From Eledone cirrhosa (Eukaryota), in assembly GCA_964016885.1 (NCBI GenBank), contig OZ024751.1, positions 43,400,001 through 43,464,000 on the forward strand: 64,000 bases of DNA, written 5' to 3'. A model generated the notes under the pieces. That model made no database searches. It had not been told where the DNA came from and saw only the letters and a list, made by a program, of their open reading frames with translations. Position 1 is the first letter of the stretch; every line of letters begins with the position of its first letter. Shown in pieces: positions 42,960 to 53,800 of the stretch. Both the position numbers and the translations under genes were made by a program.

Positions 42960-42960
<1 letters not shown>
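39261..42960 (+). mobile_element. Full-length R4/Dong-clade non-LTR retrotransposon inserted in (TAA)n
   Basis: Single long ORF with ~230-bp 5' UTR and ~75-bp 3' UTR, flanked by (TAA)n at 39192-39260 and 42961-43013. Dong-type R4 elements are known to target TAA repeats. Confidence 0.9.
39494..42886 (+). CDS. Reverse transcriptase with C-terminal CCHC zinc knuckle and restriction-like endonuclease (RLE), 1130 aa
   Basis: RT motifs KSPGPDG, NYRPITCL, WIDYRKAFDMVPH, GIFQGDSLSPLLF, LFMDDLKL, YKYLG; CRICGEREETVAHIVSEC; RHD; RPDLVVVD...IVDVACP...KE.EK..RY (PD-(D/E)xK RLE). No stops. Confidence 0.95.
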   Translation: METRTSCDRLSPNRCPLAQQQEPDCQPNTADVGGRRRRKGARTNWTKELNRTVMQCYLKSNPKERGYRRRMHNIWNEIGLFKLDEQKLAGQARVIRTNGWISELELEELSRENGLEMAGVVCQTSEPAGNEGEEVLRTEEPPEADNDLNTEINNTWNRDTATEEMNADGLGQDSVDILNLVVDELNNDSGRPMNLRFVDRKKLKETTAKVNKVIPYLEARSLHQCNNILKATANTVRKLLGIKARGNNRQERAEPWWKKRLSGQIGEMRNDIGKLESLLNGTLKNIGTKNRLEIKYKTRSKKLNIIIEELKQRIVAKSAKIRRYENRVSQYKHNRMFDNNQKMLFGQLEGKERGNDLIPGAEQAKTFWRGIWEQDVRHNAQAGWIETVQREIGEQAQQQTDLSITVETLKGQAKKLTNWKSPGPDGVQGYWIKHLTSLHPKLTAMFNDCLVSGEVPEWLTKGTTGLIMKDRIKGNDVTNYRPITCLPVMWKLLTSIVSEEIYHHLHTNNLLPDEQKGCRKKSRGTKDQLLIDKMVMGNCRRRHTDLAMGWIDYRKAFDMVPHSWITKSLEIFRVADNIRQLLGRSMGSWETELTSTGVSLGSLKIKRGIFQGDSLSPLLFVLALMPLTIMLRKVRAGYKLGRGELTINHLLFMDDLKLFGKSEKELDVLVDTVRIFSSDICMQFGIGKCGVIVMRRGRLSRSNGIQIPTGEMIKEIDSEEGYKYLGVLEADGIKNKKMKELLRTEYIRRVRSVLKSHLNSRNAISAVNSRAVSIIRYSAGILRWNVAEQKEMDRKTRKLLTIYNMFHKRSDVDRLYLRRSEGGRGLISIEDCVQMEKNNLYKYVTYSKEPMLRAVLKEGTVGQGIPKEEITSRRKSSLKGKSLHSTFFEKTEFRDPQTWNWLRRGDLKKATEGMLMAAQEQALKTKWLKHHIYKEEASPLCRICGEREETVAHIVSECKHLAQTHYKGWRHDVMGRVIHWHLCKVNNLPHSEKWYEHRPEAVMENSQVKVLWDFRIETDKKLEHNRPDLVVVDKEKRSCLIVDVACPFDTRVQEKEREKINRYQDLKWEVKRIWNCHEVKVIPIVIGALGTISKGFQGWLKKIGPFTLFGTLQKACLLGTARTLRYVLNI

Positions 42961-43013
<53 letters not shown>

Positions 43014-43016
<3 letters not shown>

Positions 43017-43610
43017 TGATTTCTTTATTGGCCACAAGGGCCGACATCTAGGGGACAAACAAAGACAGGGACCGTAGGGGTTTACAATAAGGTCGAGTAA
43101 AAGTACACAATGGCAAGACCAATTCAACAATGAAGATATAAAAATATAAAATAAATTATGCATAAATATAACAAAATAAATCCTCACTATGGACTCGGCC
43201 GATAGCCGGATCCGTTCCACACGGGACAGTAGCTGTTCGACATAACTCCACAAGTCAGTAATGCACGGACATTGGACAAGTGCGTGCACAACGGTTTCGT
43301 CGCTCTGTGCGCATCTTGGGCAGGTCGGCTGACAGCAATTCCGTGCCTGTAGAGTTTTCCCGAACCGGCAGTGCACCCCGGAAGCATTGCCAAGCGAGGG
43401 ATTTCTGGAAATTGTCCATCGTCCCCGGCTCGAAAGTCCAGACTGGTACAGACTGGTCAGTTCGACTTCGTCGAGGCCCAAAGCTTCTCCGAGTGCGTCA
43501 TCGCACTTGCCCACTACTAATCCTCTATAGAACTCGAGAGTGGAAGTTCCACTGATCGCATTGCCCGCTTGGTAGAGGGCAGTGAGTGTCTGGCAACATT
43601 CCAGGTGCCA
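43014..43610 (-). mobile_element. 3' fragment of L1/Tx1-like LINE (zinc-knuckle region + 3' UTR ending in AATAAA and (ATT)n)
   Basis: Minus-strand translation CPRCAQSDETVVHALVQCPCITDLWSYVEQLL (CxxC-E-H-C knuckle typical of the L1-clade ORF2 C-terminus); 3' end cccttgtggccaataaagaaatcatc(att)n. Confidence 0.7.
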
Positions 43611-43617
43611 GAATAAT

Positions 43618-43905
43618 AATTAACCGATACCAGGATTTAAAGTGGGAGTTAAAAAGGATTTGGATCTGCCATGAAATCAAGGTCGTCCCAATTGTCATAG
43701 GAGCATAGGTTCTATCTCAAAGAGTTTCCAAAGATGGTTAAAGAAGATTAGTCCAGCCCCGCTTTTTGGAACACTTCAAAAGGCATGCCTGGGAACAGCA
43801 AGAACCCTCCGATACGTCCTGAATGTCTGAGGCTGCAGGTAGCGGCTTGATATTCATTTCAACAAACTTTCCAGTTAAATAACATCAATGACTGAGACTC
43901 AAAGA
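43618..43905 (+). mobile_element. 5'-truncated diverged copy of the Dong/R4 element 3' end
   Basis: Similar to 42669-42960 (attaaccgataccagga...gaaccctccgatacgtcctgaat...gactgaga); flanked by short (TAA)n. Confidence 0.9.
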
Positions 43906-44241
43906 ACAATAATAATAATAATAATTCTTTCTTTATTGACCACAAGGCTTGACATAAAGTATAATACTAAGGACAGCACAGGACGGTACATGACGGTACA
44001 AATGGACATTTCTGCGTGTAAAAAAAACAATGATAATAATGAGAGAAGAAAGAATCAGTGTTGCATCATATGTATACATACTTAATCACATATTACATAT
44101 GTTTCACTGTCGATCAACTCGATAAACGATCGATTATGATTCTGGAATCAAAAGGTCCTCAGATATGTGCTTTCACATGTAAACACACGTCCAAATACAT
44201 CCAATGCTAATCTTGAAATACCACCTTATATATATACATAC

Positions 44242-44315
<74 letters not shown>

Positions 44316-44318
<3 letters not shown>

Positions 44319-45203
44319 ATACATTAACAGAGAAAGCCTTAAGCAATACTCCGACCGGCTTCCGTCTCACTCAACAAACATTAGGATATACCTTAGTATA
44401 ATCCCAATTATACGTTTGGGGTGCTAACTATACGTATTTTGCGGATGGCCAGTTGTATTATTTTATATGAGCCATAATTAAAATACATCTCTCTTTCCAA
44501 ACGATCGTTTCATTATAAGTTTTCTACAAATTGGGAAAATAATGTCCAGGTTATGTAGAAGCCTACACATAGTCCGAAGGAATATATGTAGGTGGGCACT
44601 TATAAATCATCAGTGGATGCCCGACAAATATCGATATAAAAACAACCCTACCGATATTAATGTTCAGCGATGGTACCCCTCCGTGCTAGAATGACCGCCA
44701 AATTTGAAATTCCAGCAGTATCACAATGAGAAATCTCACACTGCCATCAAGCGGAAAGGGGGGGGGGGTTATCGCAAAACGTAAAAGAATACAAGAATAA
44801 AATAATATGCACGCGGGTCAATTAATTTTTTCAATAATTTTAACCATGCGTGAAGAACTCAATTGGATATAAAAAAATAAATATGTATGTATTATTTATA
44901 CACGCATATAGGTATTTTCTTAGGCTAAAAACAGAGATAAGATACCGGAAGAACAATCAATATTTCATACAAAGAATAAATACGGAAAGTCATACCTAAA
45001 AAGTATTTGGAAATATTCATCCCTGGCCAAATCAAGAGTATAATATTTAATACATTAACAGAGAAAACTTTAAGCAATACTCCGACCGGCTTACGTCTCA
45101 CTCAACAAACATTAGGATATACCTTAGTATAATCCCAATTATACGTTTGGGGTGCTAACTATACGTATTTTGCGGATGGCCAGTTGTATTATTTTATATG
45201 AGA
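44316..45203 (-). mobile_element. ~731-bp non-coding hammerhead-bearing repeat present as ~1.2 tandem units; diverged homolog at 35880-36778
   Basis: acattaacagagaaa...ttttatatgag at 44321 recurs at 45052. Flanked by (TA)n. Clear colinear similarity to 35881-36630. Confidence 0.75.
44496..44617 (-). ncRNA. Type I hammerhead fold with branched stem II (homolog of 36064)
   Basis: Minus strand: tcca-CTGATGA-tttataagt...acttataat-GAAA-cgatcg-TT-tgga. Confidence 0.75.
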
Positions 45204-45633
45204 CATATATATATATGAGGGGATTTTTTACAACCACTTTCTTAAACACCCTTATCTTGCTATCAATCTTCACCCTTTTCTGTGTGTATATATGTATGTG
45301 TATATGTGTGTGTGTGTGTATGCTTTAATTCCTTTAAATCTTCATCGACACTCCTTCACTCCCACACTCATTTACACCCCACTTCACAACCCAGACACAC
45401 CCAAATCTCTCTTATATATATAGTCACACATCACAACACAACCTGATCTCAGTTTGACAATCGCCACTGATGAATGCGAAAAATTTCTGCAGGAAATTTA
45501 ACCAGGAATTTTTAAAATTCTTCCCACCGAAGTTAACAAAGAACTTACTGGATCTACCAACTCATAATATTATAATATAAAATTAAATCAAATTATTTAG
45601 AACTACAAGTGAAGTCATTCTTTTCCTTTTTAT

Positions 45634-45706
<73 letters not shown>

Positions 45707-45828
45707 ATATATAATATAATATATGGTATAATATATATATATATATATATAAATATATATAAATATATATATTTATATATATATGTATATATATATATAT
45801 ATATTATACCATATATTATATTATATAT

Positions 45829-45903
<75 letters not shown>

Positions 45904-46026
45904 GAAGGAAATGTGGTAACGAACCAGGTGGACCATAACACACCAAAGTACTCAATACTTAGGGTAGATAGTCCAGAATTAGCCGTCGAAACGGCTTGAG
46001 CTCAGCCGTCGGGGTCCTACTCGTTC

Positions 46027-46119
<93 letters not shown>

Positions 46120-46288
46120 TGTATATATATATATCATATTTATATATACATGCATATAAATTTAATTTAGTCGGATTTTGATCTTCATAACTATTATTAC
46201 TATAGATATATACATACATACATATATATGTGTGTGTGTATATATATATATATGTGTATATGTATGTATGTATAAATAAATGTGTATA

Positions 46289-46334
<46 letters not shown>

Positions 46335-46347
46335 TATGTATAAATAA

Positions 46348-46415
<68 letters not shown>

Positions 46416-46511
46416 CTAATACATATACGTGTACATGCATACATACATACATACATACATACATACATACATACATACATACATACATACATACATACAT
46501 ACATACATACA

Positions 46512-47045
46512 TGGTGGTCGCCAACTCGTTTTCGAGTACGGCCACTACTTTATATCCATGTAGGAGAACCCCTACCGATGCGCTGAACGAATGTGACTTT
46601 TTAGTCCAGCCAGCGACTTGAAAACTCTGGTACAAACACTACACTTGTGACAATTATTGACACATAGTGCAGGGCCCATGGTACCATGTGATGACAAGTG
46701 CAGAGAGATCTCCAGATATAAAGCAATGCCTGTGCTGTGAAGCTTTTATAGTGAGCAAAGGCACTGCACAAAGCCAGTGCCACTCTCTTAACCAAGATGA
46801 TATTTACCAAAAAGAAGAATAAGTCAACATCATTGGATACCATCAGAGTTGCAGGTGTTATATCAGAGTTTTCCTTCTTTTAGAATTCTGCCTTGACAAA
46901 GGCTAAGGGGTCATCTCTCCCGGTGATTTTGGATGGCCATTGACTTTTAAAAGCTACTTTGCCCTTTGACAGGTTTTGTTTTTAGTCCTGCAGGATGTCC
47001 AAAATCACCCTCCTCACCAAGAAACCTTGGTGAGGAGGGTGACTT
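46512..47045 (-). mobile_element. Probable RTE-type LINE 5' UTR / non-autonomous derivative
   Basis: Minus strand contains aaggcagaattctaaaagaaggaaaactctga, resembling a motif recalled from RTE 5' UTRs; strong terminal hairpin at 47005-47042. Confidence 0.4.
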
Positions 47046-47309
47046 TATATATATATATATATAACTCAATGATATTAAATAAACTATATTTATAAAACCA
47101 TATTTATTCTATTATATATATTTCAAGGGTACCAAAACTTTGGTACGCTATCATCAGATAAAATACAAAGTTTGTTTTATAAATATTGACATATCCAGGA
47201 ATGAGACGTTAACAGTTCTAGTTTTACCTGGAAAACTGTCGAGTGCTTCGAATCAGTTATAAATATATATATATATTTGTTGAATTACCAACAAATTAAA
47301 TATCCCTTT

Positions 47310-47376
<67 letters not shown>

Positions 47377-47614
47377 GATATATAATATAATATATGATGT
47401 GATATATATTTAGATATATATATATATAATTGTTTCTACTTTTGGCACAAGGCCAGCAATTACCCAGAACATTACTGGTACTTTATTTTATCGACCCCGT
47501 AAGGATGAATGGCAAATATATATAATATAAGATGGAATATATATATATATGTATATATATATATAATATATATATATACACATATATATGTGTATATTTA
47601 TATATATGTATATC

Positions 47615-47678
<64 letters not shown>

Positions 47679-47699
47679 ATATATTTATATACATATATA

Positions 47700-47770
<71 letters not shown>

Positions 47771-47860
47771 TATATATATACTGTACATATATATATATGT
47801 ATATATATTTATATACATATATATATATATTATATATATTTATATAAATATATATATATA

Positions 47861-47932
<72 letters not shown>

Positions 47933-48043
47933 GCATACATACATAAATCTGGACATACATATATATTCACAAATACATGACAACACAATACATACATGTA
48001 TATAAATATATATAGATATAGACAGACAGACAGACAGACATGC

Positions 48044-48094
<51 letters not shown>

Positions 48095-48365
48095 GACAGA
48101 CAGACAGAGACAGATATATAGATAAACAAATAGATATTTAGTGAAAGAGTGAATGAAACAGTGATTGCGTGTGTAGGACGTCTATCGTCATCAGATAACA
48201 AAGGCGATCAGATCTCATGAGATGGGCGTGGCTTAGCTATAGAAGATGTAACTTTACCAGACACGCCCACTCATCAATAGACGTGAAGCCATGCATGTAT
48301 GTCTGTAGAAATTTCCAATGAGTGCCATTTGTATGTGAGTGTGTCTGTGTGTGTCTCTGTGTATT

Positions 48366-48399
<34 letters not shown>

Positions 48400-48740
48400 T
48401 GTCTGTGTACTTGTGTCTGTGTGTGTGTGTGTGTGTGCTTGTGTGTATTTGTGTGTGTGAGTGTGTCTGTGTGTGTCTTTGTGTGTGTCTCTGTGTATTT
48501 GCGTGTGTGTGTGTGTGTCTGTGTGTGTCTGTGTACTTGTGTCTGTGTACTTGTGTCTGTGTGCTTGTGTGTATTTGTGTGTGTGTGTCTGTGTATTTGT
48601 GTGTGTCTGTGTGTTGTGTGTGTGTGTACTTGTGTGTGTATGCTTGTGTGTATTTGTGTGTGTGTGTGTAAGTGTATGCATGTGTGTGTATGTGTAAGTG
48701 TGTGCGTGTTCGTATGTGTCTGTGGGCGTTTTTGTGAGAC

Positions 48741-48778
<38 letters not shown>

Positions 48779-48814
48779 CTTGCTTTTATGTGTCTGTGGG
48801 AGTTTTTGTGAGAC

Positions 48815-48846
<32 letters not shown>

Positions 48847-50845
48847 CTTGCTTTTATGTGTCTGTGGGCGTTTTTGTGAGACTGTGTGTATGTGAGTGTG
48901 TGTGCATGCTTGCTTTTATGTGACTGTGGGCGTTTTTGTGAGACTGTGAGTGTGTGTGTGTGATCAGAGACAACAACAATAGTAACAACAACAATATCAA
49001 CAGCAGTAATAATTGATTCTAACATTGGCTCAAGGCCAGCAATTTTAATGGAAGAAGGAAGTCGTTTATATCGATCCCAGTACTTACGTGGTGTTTTATT
49101 TATAGACCCTGGTACATAACTGGTACCTTACTTTAGGATTAAAAGCAAAGTTGACCAAATTTGAACTCGGGTTGTAGAAATTCGGAACATATTCTTCCCA
49201 GCATTTGTCCTACGCTCTACCGATTCTGCCAATCCACCACCCTAGTAGTCTTAATAATTGTTTCTACAATTAGGCACAAGTCCAGCAATTTGAAGGGTAG
49301 TGCAAAGTCGATTAAATCAACCCTAATACGTTACTGGTACTTTATTTACCTCGTAAAGATGAAAGGCAAAGCTCCCTTTCTCTTCTCAATCTAATAAAGT
49401 AGCCTCTACATGGTAGCTAGATCTTCTACACAAAAAAAAAAAAAACAGCCAAATCTGCCTCAAAACGCACTCTGACCTCTTACAAAGGAACGGACAAGTT
49501 GAGTGATGGAGTAAATTAATGTTCCATCCTGCTCTGTGATAAATTTGTTAAGATTTGTAAGGATTTCAGACTGAAATAAGATTAGGTTTCAGGGGCAGAA
49601 ACATTACTTGGTGTTAGACACTCGTCATTTTATTACCTTGTAAATAAGTTCAAGAACACAACACACAACCCAGTCCAGGAATCGAACCCATGACATTATA
49701 AATGTAAGTTAGTTAATTCCACAAGTAATTAGCAAACAATATGTGAGAACACGTGTTTCAGCCGAAGAATTCTTCGGGTGAAACGTGTGTTCTCGTATAT
49801 GGTTTGCTAATTTCTTGTGAAACTAACTCTATACCAAACTTGTCAAATTCACGCATTTCCTTGTAAATTGTAAATAAAAATGATAAATATCCTTAATGGA
49901 TGTGGCACAAATTAGAATAAAGCAAGGAATTGGTCTCATTTCTAGCGCAGAAGATATCTGGGGGTTAATATTATATGTTTTACTCCATCAGAGTTGACCC
50001 TAAGCTAGATAAAAACAACACACCCTCATACAACACCACAATGTCTTACAATCACCAATGTCTAGAATAACCTTAGTCACTCCAGCCAATTAAAGTGACC
50101 AATACTAAATAGTGCCCTGTCCATCGTCTCCCTCAAAAACTGCATTTCACGGACAATTGCTACCCTCGTGAAATTCTTCGATCTTTAATGTAAAGTATGA
50201 TGTGCTCATGCGCAGAGATGCTATAAAATAGCTTATAGAAAATAGGGTGAAGACCCTTAACAGTTTGTCGGTCTGTCAGTCTGTCTGTCAGTCTATCTGT
50301 CAGTCTGTCAGTCCGTCTGTCTGTCAGTCTCTCTGTCAGTCTGTCTGTATGTCTGTATGTCTGCTGATATATGAAAAACTGTTGTTCTGCTATCCAGATT
50401 AAAAGACCTTAGGAGAGTTATCACGGCCCCATAACTTAATGTTTTAAAGCACCTAGCCGTTACCTGGGAGATAGAGGAGGGGGGTTCAATTCCTTATTGC
50501 AGTCGATGGCAACTTCTTTTTCCGTCTGTTAAGGGTTTCACCCTATTTTATAAGCTAGTTTTATAGCATCACTGCACCTGAGCACACCATCCTTTATATT
50601 AATTCTATATTCTCAGTGTTATAAAGTTCGATCTCCCGGCTACCTATGTTCTTCCATCTTTCATTCTCTATGGAAACACTGTAAAAGGACGTGGCCTAGT
50701 AGTCACCATATAGGACTTGTCAGGGGCTTGAAACGTGGACTGGTCGTGTTGTGTTCTTGAACAAGCCGCTTCAATCTAAGTTGTTTTCCATGATAAGACT
50801 GCGGCCCCTATTATCAAAACAACTGACAAACTTCCAACAAGATGC

Positions 50846-53800
50846 AACCACACAGGACCACATAGGACCACATAGGACCACATAGGACCACATAGGACCA
50901 CATAGGACCACACAGGACCATACAGGACCACATAGGACCACACAGGACCACACAGGACCACACAGGACCACATAGGACCACATAGGACCACATAGGACCA
51001 CATAGGACCACACAGGACCACACAGGACCACATAGGAGCACATAGGAGCACATAGGAACACACAGGACCACACAGGACCACATAGGACCACATAGGACCA
51101 CACAGGACCACATAGGACCACATAGGATCACACAGGACCACATAGGACCACATAGGACCACATAGGACCACATAGGACCACACAGGACCACATAGGACCA
51201 CATAGGACCACATAGGACCACACAGGACCACACAGGACCACACAGGACCACATAGGACCACATAGGACCACATAGGACCACACAGGACCACACAGGACCA
51301 CATAGGACCACACAGGACCACATAGGACCACATAGGACCACACAGGCCCACATAGGCCCACACAGGACCACATAGGACCACACAGGACCACATAGGACCA
51401 CATAGGACCACATAGGACCACACAGGACCACACAGGACCACACAGGACCACATAGGACCACATAGGACCACATAGGACCACACAGGACCACACAGGACCA
51501 CACAGGACCACATAGGACCACATAGGACCACATACGACCACATAGGATCACATAGGACCACATAGGACCACATAGGACCACATAGGACCACACAGGACCA
51601 CACAGGATCAGATAGGACCGAATAGGACCACATAGGACCACACAGGACCACACAGGATCAGATAGTACCGAATAGGACCACATAGGACCACACAGGACCA
51701 CATAGGACCACACAGGACCACACAGGACCACATAGGACTACACAGGACCACACAGGACCACATAGGACCACATAGGACCACATAGGACCACATAGGACCA
51801 CATAGGACCACACAGGACCACATAGGACCACATAGGACCACACAGGACCACATAGGACCACGTAGGACCACACAGGACTACACAGGATCAGATAGGACCG
51901 AATAGGACCACATAGGACCACACAGGACCACACAGGATCAGATAGTACCGAATAGGACCACATAGGACCACACAGGACCACATAGGACTACACAGGACCA
52001 CACAGGAACACATAGGACCACATAGGACCACATAGGACCACATAGGACCACACAGAACCACATAGGACCACATAGGACCACACACGACCACACAGGACCA
52101 CATAGGACTACACAGGACCACACAGGAACACATAGGACCACATAGGACCACATAGGACCACATAGGACCACACAGGACCACATAGGACCACATAGGACCA
52201 CACAGGACCACATAGGACCACGTAGGATCACACAGGACTACACAGGATCAGATAGTACCGAATAGGACCACATAGGACCACACAGGACCACACAGGATCA
52301 GATAGTACCGAATAGGACCACATAGGACCACACAGGACCACATAGGACCACACAGGACCACACAGGACCACATAGGACCACATAGGACCACATAGGACCA
52401 CACAGGACCACATAGGACCACACAGGACCACACAGGACCACATAGGACCACACAGGACCACATAGGACCACATAGGACTACACAGGACCACACAGGAACA
52501 CATAGGACCACATAGGACCACACAGGACCACATAGGACCACATAGGACCACATATGACCACACAGGACCACATAGGACCACATAGGACCACATAGGACCA
52601 CATAGGACCACATAGGACCACATAGGACCACACAGGACCACACAGGACCACACAGGACCACATAGGACCACATAGGACCACATAGGACCACATAGGACCA
52701 CACAGGACCACATAGGACCACATAGGACCACATAGGACCACACAGGACCACACAGGACCACACAGGACCACATAGGACCACATAGGACCACATAGGACCA
52801 CACAGGACCACACAGGACCACATAGGACCACACAGGACCACATAGGACCACATAGGACCACACAGGACCACATAGGCCCACACAGGACCATATAGGACCA
52901 CATAGGACCACACAGGACCACATAGGACCACACAGGACCACACAGGACCACACAGGACCACATAGGACCACATATGACCACATAGGATTACATAGGACCA
53001 CACAGGACCACATAGGACCACATAGGACCACATACGACCACATAGGATCACATAGGACCACATAGGACCACATAGGACCACATAGGACCACACAGGACCA
53101 CACAGGACCACATAGGACCACATAGGACCACACAGGACCACACAGGATCAGATAGGACCGAATAGGACCACATAGGACCACACAGGACCACACAGGATCA
53201 GATAGTACCGAATAGGACCACATAGGACCACACAGGACCACATAGGACCACACAGGACCACACAGGACCACATAGGACTACACAGGACCACACAGGACCA
53301 CATAGGACCACATAGGACCACATAGGACCACATAGGACCACATAGGACCACACAGGACCACATAGGACCACATAGGACCACACAGGACCACATAGGACCA
53401 CGTAGGACCACACAGGACTACACAGGATCAGATAGGACCGAATAGGACCACATAGGACCACACAGGACCACACAGGATCAGATAGTACCGAATAGGACCA
53501 CATAGGACCACACAGGACCACATAGGACTACACAGGACCACACAGGAACACATAGGACCACATAGGACCACATAGGACCACATAGGACCACACAGGACCA
53601 CATAGGACCACATAGGACCACACAGGACCACACAGGACCACATAGGACTACACAGGACCACACAGGAACACATAGGACCACATAGGACCACATAGGACCA
53701 CATAGGACCACACAGGACCACATAGGACCACATAGGACCACACAGGACCACATAGGACCACGTAGGACCACACAGGACTACACAGGATCAGATAGGACCG

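Noticed and set aside
45465-45510. ctgatga...gaaa hammerhead-like motif
   Set aside because: Stems I and III could not be formed convincingly.
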